From NCBI GenBank assembly GCA_965649765.1, contig OZ287756.1, positions 35,650,001 to 35,714,000 on the forward strand: a stretch of 64,000 nucleotides of DNA, read 5' to 3'. The DNA comes from Bispira polyomma. Its lineage: Eukaryota. The notes below the pieces were generated by a model that searched no databases, was not told the origin of the DNA, and saw nothing but the letters and a program-made list of their open reading frames with translations. The translations under genes and the position numbers were made by a program. This document shows, piece after piece, positions 1-12,049 of the stretch. The first letter of the stretch is position 1. Each line of letters opens with the position of its first letter.

Positions 1-51
1 TTCATATACAGTGTTCTTCAACGGTTTGAAATGTGCTCCCAGTGCATTCAG

Positions 52-309
52 AGGGGCCGCGGTGGCCTAGTTTTTAGCAAGCATTGCGCTTCAAAATCAC
101 TGGTCTCTCAATTCTGGGCGGCGTGAGTTCGAATCCCGTCGATGCCTATGTGGAAAAGGTGGTAGTTCCTTACTGTGGGCTGCTGGTTTCTCTGCAGAAC
201 CTTGACCGACTGTATGCAGTGTTTCCTTCAGCGTTTTCAACTACCCGTCCCAACATAACCTACTAAAAGGTACTAGAGTGGACGTTAAATATCCAAATTC
301 AAATTCAAT
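52..309 (+). mobile_element. Full-length tRNA-derived SINE (V-SINE-like body) with 13-bp target-site duplication
   Basis: A-box-like GGTGGCCTAG and B-box GAGTTCGAATCC; body GTGGAAAAGGTGGTAGTT...GACGTTAAA shared with many other copies in the window; CAAATT-repeat tail; identical CCAGTGCATTCAG at 39-51 and 310-322. Confidence 0.88.
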
Positions 310-399
310 CCAGTGCATTCAGGGTTGGTAGCACTCTCTTTTTGTCAGCATCGGGGATGTCCAAGTGCGTGTAGATTCTTAGACATTCCCATTTTCTTT

Positions 400-792
400 T
401 CTACAGAGCATAGAGTTGCGATCCGAATGTCATCTTGTTTCTTAGAGAGTTGTGTGGCCACCTCATAGTCCTCCCATTGCATTCGGAAAAACTCCCAATT
501 CGCATATACATCACCTTTGTATTCCAGTGGTGCTGGAATCGGAAAGTTTGCCGCTGGCAAATACACAGTTTGAGGCACCTCTACTGCTGCTGGAGCTTGA
601 TCACTCATATTTTATTTCCCTGTTTGAAATGCTTAAATATAGCATCCAGTAGTGACAATAATATTACTATATATTTATGCTAAATATATAGGCTTATTTC
701 ATTGTTCCAGTGAATTAAATGAATTAACTAGTAATGTATGTATCCACATTTACCAATTAAAGCACATCTGACACCATTGGAGGGAGGTATCA
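400..792 (-). mobile_element. Ty3/Gypsy LTR-retrotransposon relic: primer-binding site, 5'UTR and gag N-terminus (truncated)
   Basis: Minus ORF from ATG at 608 reads APLEYKGDVYANWEFFRMQWEDYEVATQLSKKQDDIRIATLCSV, typical of invertebrate Gypsy gag N-termini. TGGTGTCAGATGTG at 776-763 matches a tRNA-Leu-type PBS (TGGTGTCAGAAGTG) at 13/14. Confidence 0.75.
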
Positions 793-940
793 TTAAATAT
801 TGATATGAAACAAACTTGATTAAACGTTCTTCGTGTGCCTAGGATAAGCTTCTGAGTTGCTCAAAGTAAATGCTAATATTATTGTCACTACTGGATGCTA
901 TATTTAAGCATTTCAAACAGGGAAATAAAATATGAGTGAT
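600..940. repeat. Perfect 67-bp inverted repeat (600-666 vs 874-940)
   Basis: ATCACTCATATTTTATTTCCC...GACAATAATATTA is the exact reverse complement of 874-940. Confidence 0.92.
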
Positions 941-2439
941 ACCTCCCTCCAAAGACGTCTGTCTTGCTCTGTTAATCATAGAGTTTATCAAGATTGTATT
1001 TGATAACAATTTTAAACATTACACTTTTACCATATCACTTGAAAGTTACTTTATAGTTCATAAAGCATTTTCACAAATAATACTTAGTAAATTGTCATTT
1101 TATACAAATTTTAGTCTACAAAATCCTACCACCTGACCGATCAGTTGTCGTAATGCCCCTTTTGATTTAAGTTGTGTAATATATAGATTGTGTGCAACTT
1201 GTACAAGCTGTCAATCAGAATGAACAGACTATCAAAATCACCCAGCAACACATTGGATCTTGGGAAATAGACTCTATCATTGCTTAGAGATATAATCATT
1301 TAAAGGTCTTTATATGTTCTACCTTATACTATATGACATCATGTCTCGATAAAACCTAGTATAAATGTTGGATTTAAGAATTTTAGAAGAGATAGAACTG
1401 GGATATTTTTGTTATCAAAAAGTATAACCAGGTTTACCAACTATTAATACCTTACATTAGTAATATTTTGAACCTCATTGTAACAGAAAACATGGCAGCC
1501 ATGGCCATAATCTTGAAAATCCTTTTAGCTTATCTGAAGCCAATCAGCTTTGTCAAATGGCATGAGTAAGTTCTATGTGTCAGTTTATTTTGCTGATGTA
1601 TTGGTATTAGTTGGTATTATTGGGAGTTACTCATAATGGCTGTCATGTTAGCTTAATTGGAAAATTGTTGCAGCTTATTAAATGTTAAATCAGATAAGTA
1701 ACCTTTGGCCGCCTTCTGAAGAAACAAGATGTGGTCATCTTGTTTTTTTTCTGAGTTATAATAATAAATAATATAATAATAATAATACCAGTGACCCGGT
1801 CACCTTGGCCATGTTTTTTATTTCTGTAGAAATATTTAAATCCAACTTTTTACAGATCAATATTATTTAAAGTTAAAGGTGGTCAAGTCGTACACCTTAA
1901 GTTCATTGTGAGAGAGCTGTGCTGTAAGCTGACGCATAACATGGCTGCCAATGCATCTTTCTTAAAAAAATATTTTAAAACAAAGCTTTTGTAAAGCATG
2001 ACATTTCATGTGTGTGTTTAATGTGCTAATATCTTGCTTCAAGTAAACGTTGGCAACTTTCTGAAAAACAAAATACTACAACTGTATGCAAAATTATAAC
2101 AGCCCCTTTAAAAGTGGTATTACAGAATCTGACTTCACAAATTAAGTACAAAAATTCAACATAACAGTAGTTTGCTTCAGATTTCCAGATTGTTCTGGTG
2201 AATATGTAGTTTTCAATTCCTAATACTGTGTGTGACCGCTGACGATCCTTTTTGTTTGAGGGATGTTTCAAGACTTGGTCTTTTTGTTATCTCCGTCCAG
2301 ATATACACAACTTAAGACTATTAGAATGCTTTATTAGATGTTATGAGAAATGTTAATGTAGATAATTCCCATTTAGTTATAATTTTTCTTGTTTTACTGT
2401 ATAAAATTATTATTAGGTGGTCAATATATTTATTTTAAT

Positions 2440-3755
2440 AAGTCATTGGAAAGGTTGTTATATTATTTTCTATTTAAACTTAACTTCTAAGCTTTATATA
2501 ATGTTTAACTTTAGCAAGTAATAATATGAAATATAAGGCTACATTAGTACATCAAATGATATGTGGAATATTTTGTCAAATTCATCCCTATTATAGTGAT
2601 ATTATGTCTTATAGTATTTGGCTATTAAAGACGTAAGAAAGTCATCACGTGACACACTGCAGTTACTAATGCCTACATAATGTCCACACATTAGCCCACG
2701 TTGTTAGCTTTAGCTATCTAAGTTAAAAACTAAAAAGAAACTCAGTTAAGTACATACCCCTGCAACAGGCACCACATGAATTCGCCATTTTAATTCGATC
2801 CACTCCAAAATTTGATGGATTCTTCCTTGTTACATGTTTAATTCTGTTAAAATTAGAAAGAAATGACCACTTACCAGTTTCACTTCCATAGAACCTTTTT
2901 TCTTCTTCTTCAGATTTTCACGCCCAAAGTCTAATTTATTGGTAAAAAGAAATAGAAAAAAAATCCTCAACTATAGAAAAGTGATATTCTACTAACTACT
3001 CAATGTCTAGTGGGTTTGTTACAAATATATAAGTACTCAGCCAAGTGTGCCAGAGAAACTGGCTCAAGTTGACTCTTGTAATTAGCTTCGTTTCTGTGGG
3101 GGAGCATATGGGTTTTAGAAATCTGTATGTCTGAAGTACTTGACTGTATCCATTGTCTGAAGGGTTAATTTTTATAAAAATAACTAACTCAGAAATGCAA
3201 TTGTAAAGTCTTTTAAGACAACAAACAAAATAAATAAACTAATACCTTATTCATAGGCATTTAAGTATAAAATAAGAGATCAAATTGATATCCTTCATGA
3301 AAGCTAAATTACATATAGAAATGGATAATTAAGCTACTTAGTTCTGAAAAACTTCAACAAAACTTTAATGTTCCTCAAAAAAGGTCATAGTCATTAAAAA
3401 TGTTGTTATATTATTTTTTATTTCAACTTACTGTGTAAGCTTGATATAATGTTGAACTTTAGTAAGCAAGCAAGTCTAGTAATACCAATTAGAAACCTGC
3501 ATTAGTACATCAAATTATCTGTGGAATATCTTGTCAGATATTGTCCCCTTTATGTGATATTATGTTTTATAGTATTTGTCTATTAAGGACAGGAGGAAGT
3601 GATCCCCTGACATACTGCAGTTACCAATGCCTACATAACATAGACAGGCACTCAGTATGCATATCATCAGCAAAGACAACAAATGGATTCACTCTTCTGA
3701 TCGGATAGGCTCCAAAATTTAATGGATTCCTCCTTGGCCCATGCACCATTCTGTT
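2440..3755 (+). repeat. Old direct duplication (~2440-2830 and ~3388-3755)
   Basis: Collinear blocks such as GTTGTTATATTATTTT, CATTAGTACATCAAAT and CTGCAGTTACYAATGCCTACATAA occur in both copies; roughly 75-80% identity by eye. Confidence 0.8.
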
Positions 3756-3870
3756 ACAATATCTCACAAAGTCACAAATCGTTTTAGTTGTTTTTGTGTA
3801 ATCCTGGTAACAAATTAACAACCGAACCAATGGACACTGGTGAAAACATAACCTCCTTGGTGAAGGTAAC
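3695..3870. mobile_element. Non-autonomous DNA element, possibly Crypton-V-like (related pieces at ~11010-11100, 15258-15440, 38851-39360, 41700-41810)
   Basis: Recurring motifs CTCCAAAATTTAATGG..TTCC, TAATCCTG(G/C)TAACAAA and terminal AAACATAACCTCCTTGGTGAAGGTAA, with the reverse TTACCTCTGCCAAGGAGGTT at 15258. The superfamily label is from memory of similar aquatic-animal repeats and is uncertain. Confidence 0.6.
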
Positions 3871-4261
3871 AATTGGATAAGATGTATTATTATTACTTTA
3901 TCTACCAAGCTAGCAGGAAACATATACTAGTAGATATAAGCATTTGATTAATTATCACCAGCTTCTCACCTCTGAGAACAGTGGGTTTGAATCACACTGC
4001 TTCCTTCATGTGGGGAAAGTGTGCCTGATGCTTGCCGTTGGTCTGTGGTTTCCAGTATATATTGAGAGTGACGTAAAAAACTCTATAAATTCGAATGCTA
4101 CCAACCTAGCTTCTCATTTATCAACAATACAGTAAAAAAAACAAAAAAAAACACCAAAATTTCTAATTTTTGTGCCAAACAATCTAAAAATAATATTTTA
4201 AGCTATCATTCTTTCCTTGGATTGACATCCATTAAAGTTGACACACTTTTACATATTTTAT

Positions 4262-4353
4262 CGGACTTGATCTAGATTTTTAATTATAATTTACCTGACT
4301 TGACCTAGATTTCTCATTACATTTGACCTGACTTGACCTAGATGTCTGATTAT
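4262..4353. repeat. ~33-bp tandem repeat, about 3 copies
   Basis: GACTTGA(T/C)CTAGAT recurs at ~33-bp spacing. Confidence 0.8.
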
Positions 4354-4534
4354 ACCCAGGATGATACCAGGACTTATGTTTTCCGAATAAAGATGTGTTG
4401 GGCCAAATTTTGTTCCAGAATTATTGCAGTAACATTGGCAGCAATTTAATTTGGCAAGTATTGCAGCAAACCGACGACTAAGCTGAAATTCACTCTTAAC
4501 AAAGATGAAAACATGTGTACAAACTTTTTCTCAG

Positions 4535-4698
4535 TTCCAGATCCGGTTCGAATCTCAGCCGGGGGGTTAAGTGGAAAAGTTGGCAGCTACTTGGCCATGG
4601 TCACTGGTTTACAGTATAGAATCTTGACTAACTAGTATACACTGGTTTCATGATTTGACTCATACAATGTGTTGAAAGCGATGTTAAACCCAAAATAA
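4535..4698 (+). mobile_element. V-SINE-like copy, 5'-truncated
   Basis: B-box GGTTCGAATCTC, core GTGGAAAAGTTGGCAGCTACTTGGCC, tail GTTGAAAGCGATGTTAAACCCAAAATAA. Confidence 0.8.
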
Positions 4699-7600
4699 TG
4701 TTTTTAAATCTGAGCAGTCAAAGAAGAACAGATGAAAGTTTAGGATAAAGTTTAGTTTTTCGTAGTTTATAATCAGTAGGAGTCCCTTGTATTTACCAAA
4801 ATATAAATATCATCTCATAGAGCCATCCAGACATTCAATGCCTCACTTTGACATTTAGTATTTCAAGTGGTTATTTAAACATACTGAATGACTATCAAAT
4901 TGTCAATAGACTTAAAAAAATCTTTTAATAAAAAAGCATTAAAGTTTTGTTGACGTTTTTCAGAACCGAGTAACCCAATTACATATTTTAATATGTACTA
5001 GAGCTTTCATAAAGGTGTCAATATACAGAATTAATATCTTATTTTATACTTTCATGCATGAATAAGGTACTGGTTTATATGAGTTGTTTATCGTCCTTAT
5101 AAACGTTACAATTACATTCTGAGTCATTTATGTTTATAAAATTAGCTCTTCGGACAATTTGTCATTAATGACAAAGTGTACCTGAAAGAATTGCACTGAA
5201 AACAAACTAATTAATACAGTCCAGTACTTGAGACATACAGATTTCTGAAACCATATGCTCCCCTCACAGAAACGAAGCTAATCTAATTAATAGAGTCAAC
5301 TTGAGCCAGTTTCTCTGGCACACTTGGCTGAGTACTTGTTTATTTGTAACAAAACCACTAGACATTGAGTAGTTGTTAGTAGAATATCACTTTTATATTG
5401 TTGAGGATTTTTTCTTTTTCTTTTTACCAATAAATTAGGTTTTGGGCGTGAAAATCTGAAGAAGAAGAAAAAAGAGGTTATATGGAAGTGAAACTGGTAA
5501 GTGGTCATTTCTTTTATATGTGTGTATATTCTCAGAAGTGGATGCTGCTGTGCATTTTAAAGAGTCCCCCCCCCCCTTTCCCCCCTCTTCCCCACCCCCC
5601 CTCAAGTGTCCTCCCCGTGGTGACAAACAAGAAAGTATGGAGGAGGGAAATGGAGCATTCATCAAAAGGGCTCAGTCCTATGTATCCTGTCACCTAGGAA
5701 TAACAAGGACCCTGTTACTATGGAAACCGGTCCATAACGAAGCCAATTAGGGGCAACTTTTGGGAGCAGCTCTCTCTGAGCAAAGTCCATAATTGGATAG
5801 CTTACAAAATACCCGCTAGGTTTAATTATGCAGAGATAATGATGTTTTTCCAGCCTTCCAAGTTGCCCCTGTAATTGGCACCATTATAGAAGGGAAAGGG
5901 GGGGGGGGGGTTTGGGGAGGGGAGTTCATTTGTTAAAGGGAGAAGGGTGAGTTTTATTTATTTAATAGAGAGGGGGTGTCTAACTATTTGATTAAATCAA
6001 TGGACACTGCAATAACCAGAACTGGCCTTTGTAAGGTGTGTAAAGAAATATGGAAGTGCTTTCTCTTTCTCTACCACTCCTTTTTTTGTGATTGTCAATT
6101 TTTAATGGGGAGAAAAATTCCAAGAGACACAAGGAACAAAAACCAGCAAGAGTTAATTAGGTGGGGCTAATTAGACGGGAGCGAGTGCTCTTGTATGTTC
6201 AGTGTCACTTCTAAACTGACAAAAAGTTAAAAAATAAACACCACCCAGAGTGATACTCAGCTCTAAAAATGAGCAAATCCCTAAACCTGTCACAAACATT
6301 TTTAAGAAAGGGCATTCAGAAAAAAACGGGGCTTTAAAATTGGTTTAAAACAGGGTATTGGGGTTAAGTGGGGTGGGAAACTATGTAGCTAAGAGAATAA
6401 TGTATATTAAAGTTATTTAAATATGTGTTTTGGTTTAAACAGTCCAAATGTCCACTGATTACTTCTATACAACCATTAAATTGTGTAGCTAATGAATTTA
6501 AATTGTTAAACTAACTAATTTATTAAAACATTGTGTCACTGAGTACATTGCAACATAATTTAGAATAAAAAGCTGACACATTGCATTTTATTTCATTTAA
6601 GTATCATATAAGGAATATTAACTAGTACTTCATACATTTTATCAAATAACAAATAAGGTAAATATAGGAAGGATATTTAATTAAATCCTTACAAAATACA
6701 ATTGCACATAGAAAATGTTAAGTTTGTATGATACTCAGTTTCTATTACAATCGTCAAGGGTGTTACAAAAACCTTCTTCCTATTTTAATTAAAAGGATTA
6801 CTTCATCTAAGATATCCCTAAACCTACCAAAGATATCAAACACTGTACATACTTCCACCATCAGAGTTTGAAAATCCCAGATACTATATTAGGCATTGCA
6901 ATCAACACACATTTTTAATGTTTAAAGGTGTATTTGGAATTGCAAATACAGTATGTTGAGTTTGGTCTGTATGGAAACAAAAAAAATGGCTTAAATTTAA
7001 TAACTCTGTGTAGTAACTACCTAATTTATTAAACACAAATCACATTGACTGATATGAACCATTACAATCTATATGTACCTCTGTATCACAAAATGTATTT
7101 CACGTCCTGAACGATACTCCTCTTGAATCATTTTATCTATATCAAATTTAATCAATCTGTTTAACACTAAGGATTCTATACAGAGTATAGATATTGGAAT
7201 TACAATGTCTTTGAATAGTCACAACAGTATTCCGGATGACTTGCTTTTCCAGGTTTTCACACTCTTTCTAAGGGCCTGGATCTGCATGGCCACATTGAAA
7301 CAGGTGTATTATGATCTGGAATAGAATAGGATATCTTTACTTTTGCGTCATATCGAGTCGTATAAATATTTTTCAATCAACAACAAATTTACAGAAACAA
7401 CATACAATGATAGCATCCACAAATCATATGAAACATTTAAAATATAAAGTATTTCTTAAACATCACAAGATATTTTTTTTACGGTAGGACACATTACTTG
7501 TGAGTGTGACAAAACAATGTGTAATTTTACACAAATTATCTTTATACTCGTGAAGTAAATATTTTAAAATAGTTCCCCTAATTACAACTGATAACGTACC

Positions 7601-7954
7601 CTTTTTCAAAAAAAATGTTACTAATTTCAGAATTAACAAAGTACGATCTTAGATTTTGTTTTATTTTATCTCTATTATAAGAAATACCTGCTTAGTTAGT
7701 CTGTTATCAGATATATTATAATGTGATTCAAAGCCTAACAGTTTGAAGCTTTTGACTTATTTCTGGAGGAATACAGCCCAGATCGAAGTAAATCATGGGA
7801 ATTGTGGCTTGCTTGCCAACACCTAGTAATGTACACTTTGCTTTGTTTTGAACAGTGTTACATTTATTGTAATCTGGTGAGCATAGTTTTATTATATAAC
7901 ATCACTGACGCTTTCGTATCACAGAAATTACCAGAATTTTATTTTAACTGGGTT

Positions 7955-8150
7955 GTACGACACTTTTAACATCATTGGTCACATTGTGATGACCAAATTT
8001 ATTGATGGAGCAAACCAGTAGTATTTGTACTGTAAACCACGACCTGCAGCAAAGTACCTGGCAAACTATCCCACATGATTAAAGCAGTGACAGTTCTAAC
8101 CCAATGTCCTCAGATGTGAGAAGCCAGTGATATTAAAGCAGTTACCAGGC
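7955..8150 (-). mobile_element. V-SINE-like copy
   Basis: Reverse complement of the SINE core (GTACCTGGCAAACTATCCCACATG) and of the tail. Confidence 0.65.
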
Positions 8151-9094
8151 CACTGAAGTCCATCAACATCACAGTATTAATAAAAAAACATATAAGCAAA
8201 ACAAATGGATAACCGAAACATGCCAGCACTATTGATGAGATTTTTAGTATAATCCTAGACCAAGTATTCTGTCCACACTGATGCTTTAGTATACTAACGG
8301 TAGCACGTCGAGGGAGAGAGTGGCTTCCATAAGCAAAACGTTGAAAATCAAAATCGGCATATATAGAGATAGAATCTGGTAAAAAATAAATACATCCCCT
8401 CATTCCTTACATATGATAAAGTAGCCGATTTTTTGTTATTTCATACCGACATGGTACACATCAATTAATATAAAATTAAAACAAAACCACAAAAATTGGC
8501 TAAAAACTGTCGGCCATTTTACGTCAGTCTAATTTACAACATTTTGCTTATGTAAGCTGTTCTGTCCCTTTTCGTGAGTCCGTCGTTAAAATTACAGCAA
8601 GGAATCTCGCTAAAAAGGACAGATTATTCGGTTTAGTATAATCCTATTCAGCTTACGTCCTAATGTACATCTCTACACAATTCACAACAAAGTACAGGGT
8701 AATATTTTAAAAACATTTCTTAAACATAAAATTTTTCAAATAATTTAACATATTTATCTTACACTTATGTGTTGTAACTATTGTGTTTTGGTTTTTCCCC
8801 CACAGTAAAGTGTAGGCCATGTCACTTAACATATTTAGTTTAGAGAAGCCTACATTATGTAAAAGGTTCATCACATTTGTGAGTGTAATGGCTTATGTGA
8901 TTAACCACCAAAAATTAATAGTTACTGTTAAAAAGTTAACATATAATAATGTTTTAACTTCTTTAGTGCTACAATGGTTGTTCAGACATCCTCAATCAAG
9001 CCTCATAAGGTATAATAACTACAGCATGGCATTGGTCGTCATTATGAGGCAATGGCATGTGCACAATTTGTCCAATGACTATTGTGGTGTTGTC

Positions 9095-9760
9095 GAAGTC
9101 GAACCAGGGACCTTCAAATCACAAGCCAAAATCTTCAGTCTAATGCCATGGTCACACTGAGTGTTTTTGTGCTTAAGTTCGTTTTTTTTTTCATTTAAAA
9201 CGTAAGCAAACGAAAATAAACAAAGTGAAAATTCTAAAAAACGTAGCAAAAAATCGTTGTATGGGGCCGTTTTGTACACTTTCTGTACACATTTGTACAC
9301 ACATTAACACGTTTTAATAGCCATTTCAATTAAGTTTGTATCGTTAGCCGCATTTTACAAAACGTTAGTCACTTTTCTAAACACCTTTCGATCTCGTTCT
9401 CTTTGTTTTAAATATTATTTAAATGTATAATATGTTTTACTGCCATTCATTAAGTCATATACACATTGAACACATGTCATACGTTACCTGCAAAAGCATC
9501 AACCGTTTCGCGAAAATGGCCGAAACAAACTTAAATTTTGAGTGGCATGAAATTTTGACATTAAAAGACCATCTTACACATATTTTTTGTGCATGATCGA
9601 AGCGTACTGCCAGTGTGACCACGGCATTAAGTCGCACCAAGGACCTTCAAATGACAAACCCAAATCGTCAGTCAAGAATTGAATCAGGGGCCTTCCGATC
9701 GCAAGCCCAAATGTGAAGTCAAGAGTTGAACCAGGGACCCCTAACCACTAGGCCACAGGA
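9095..9760 (-). mobile_element. SINE whose tRNA-like head is tandemly repeated (~47-bp units), interrupted by a MITE
   Basis: Repeated (T/C)GAACCAGGGACCTTC..ATC.CAAGCC.AAAT units (reverse B-box), ending in CCTAACCACTAGGCCACAG (reverse A-box). Confidence 0.7.
9144..9626. mobile_element. PIF/Harbinger-like MITE (~480 bp)
   Basis: TIRs TGCCATGGTCACACTG / CAGTGTGACCACGGCA (1 mismatch), flanked by TAA and TTA; CpG-rich interior. Confidence 0.78.
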
Positions 9761-11209
9761 GAGTTATAACTAAACTCCAATAAATTCACCCCAACCTTGT
9801 CTCATCAGAGACTTGTAAGTGTTCACAGAGAAAACCTAAGTATACTGGTCAGTGCACTAAAGAAACTACCAACTCATAAACACCAGTGCTGAGTGTGGGA
9901 AACTATAGCCAGGGTAATCAAGTAATCTGAATTCTATTAGATTCTACTCACAGACTATCTCTCTTAATCATAGTAGGAGCTACTATTGTGTGACTAGTAA
10001 ACAGTACTTAGAGGTAGATTTACTTACAGATAGTACTAAGTATATAAAGCTCACCCTACATTCACTGTATCACACTGCTAATGTTATCTATAATGTTGGA
10101 AAACAAAGTCTTCTTCTGAAAGGTATAGGACCAACGAGTTTTATCAATACCAAAACAGGCTGAGGTGATTGCTTTACAAGGTGGAAACATTGCAATACTT
10201 TTAATACTGCTTTGCGAGTTAAAATTGGAAGAGTTTGAGTTATCAAATAATCTGAACACGAAAACCTCCCCTCAATTTGTCCTGGGAGGTGTGGATTTAG
10301 CAAGGGGGTGTCATATTTTCACCAGTAGAATGATTTTTTTTATGTGATAACAATTCATAGTTAAATTCGTGTCATCCACGTTTGTTTTCATATATTGTCA
10401 TACTTATATATTAAAAATAAAATTGCAATAAAATTAATGGAATTGAATTATTAATTTTGATATTTTCTTGTATGCACATTCTGGATTAATTCAGGTAAGG
10501 AATTTAGTTCAAACTTAATACTTTGGTTAACTTTGGATTCCAAGGTTAACATATTGGGCAAGGAAAGACTAAAGTGTATGTTGTAGGACGGTCTCTTTCT
10601 ATAGGTGGTTAGGTGGTACATAAGCACTTAAAATAGTTATAACCAGAAATAAAACTCAGCAAAGTTCATAACTTTCGCCAAGGAGCACAATGCCAAGAAG
10701 TGGACCAGTTTTTTGGATCTACTATTTGTATCCTATGACTTCTCTGTTGCAGCACCTACCCTATTGAATAATTTACCAACCAATATACATTCCCAGCAAA
10801 CCTTTACTGGCTTTTTAGATTAACCTTTAGACCCATCTCTTTACCTTGGCTTACCTTCCATTGACATATTTATCCTCAACATCATCCCAATCACTAATTT
10901 CCTTTGGAAAATGGACGATGATTTGAACAACTTTGTCAGTGATGCTGCGCTTTTAAAGATGACTGGCATCAATTAGTCACGTTAAAAATCTATCATATCA
11001 TCAGCATTTAATTTAATGGCTTATTCCCAGACCCATGCCTCATCCCTCCACCAAAGTCATTGGTTTATTAGTTTTTGTGTATTCCTGGTAATATGCAAGG
11101 TGGCAAAACTAATGGAGAAGTTCTAATACCATTGGGGAACTAACTTTTCAACTCAGAGATTTCAACTCGCGTTCTGAGCCCACCACAATCCGTCTCCGTC
11201 AAATCTCAC

Positions 11210-11450
11210 CATTTCACTTGGCAGTAGCGGCGCGCGTCAGCCATACGAGACTACGTAAACATCCTCGCTTTGTTTACGTTGTAACAGTAGCGGGGAAATT
11301 GCAAGTAGAAAAGGAGGGTGGGTGAGGGGGGAATTTATGGGGTATATATATCTCGACAAGAAAGCTTTTGTTTGTTTATAAACAAAGAAGCAGCCACCTT
11401 CTGAGAAGAGAACCCAAACTCCCCGCCCCCCCACTCAGCCCAATATTAAC
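11210..11450 (-). promoter_or_regulatory. Candidate Pol II promoter with short first exon
   Basis: Reading down the minus strand: CCAAT (11440-11444), GC box (11421-11430), forkhead-type sites (~11369-11385), TATATATA (11350-11343), CpG-rich leader, ATG at 11244 (MADARRYCQVK), donor TG|GTGAGA at 11210/11209. Confidence 0.45.
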
Positions 11451-12049
11451 ATGTCAGACGTCAAAATATTTGTGCTGGATTTATTTTTTTGCAAGGAAAT
11501 ACTTGTCCATTATTCCAAAGATAGATAATGAGGTATCCCTTATGTGTTTGTGCATATTGTCTGCTCTCTTATGTAACAACAGATTGGTAGTTGGAGGCCA
11601 TTGCCAAATTGTAGTATGGGTAAAGGAGAAAGTGTTTTATTAGGCGATGCCTTGATCAGGCGTCCTCTTCATTCTGAAAAGGGCGACACCATCTAAGAAA
11701 TATGTAAGGCCTTCATAGATTGGTTGGAAGCAATAGACCTGGCCAAACTGAGGGGTGTAGGATTATTATTATCAGGCGCAGCCTGACGGGTTTTCGATTT
11801 GCTGTGTATATAGTGCGCCTGTGTCTTTTTTAAAACACAACTCTTGGTAATAGTTTACTAAAACACATCGTTGTGCAGTAGGGGCTTATTTGTAGATTAT
11901 ATTATCCTATGTGGATTATCTGGTCGACCTCTTGTCATGCAAGTACAGTGAGTATTGATAACTGATCTAAACACATGATCCTCAACAAATTACACTGATT
12001 TTCCAATATTGTTCTTGAAATGCTGAGAAGTTTTGCTCTGATAACATTT

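Larger units (their letters stand above)
2857..5513. repeat. Inverted duplication of ~295 bp (2857-3149 vs 5215-5513)
   Basis: AAGTACTCAGCCAAGTGTGCCAGAGAAACTGGCTCAAGTTGACTCT and flanks recur in reverse complement; about 90% identity by eye. Confidence 0.9.

Noticed and set aside
10855-10901. 47-nt minus-strand exon that would link the 11.2-kb exon in frame to the 2.9-kb cassette
   Set aside because: The acceptor is weak and the surrounding sequence (WK...MGLKVNL) looks like a decayed RTE-type reverse transcriptase. The phase match is plausibly chance.
11255-11278. GTAAACATCCTCG resembling miR-30a
   Set aside because: Only 13 nt match, the hairpin is far too short for a pre-miRNA, and miR-30 is a vertebrate family. 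Inverted forkhead sites explain it better.
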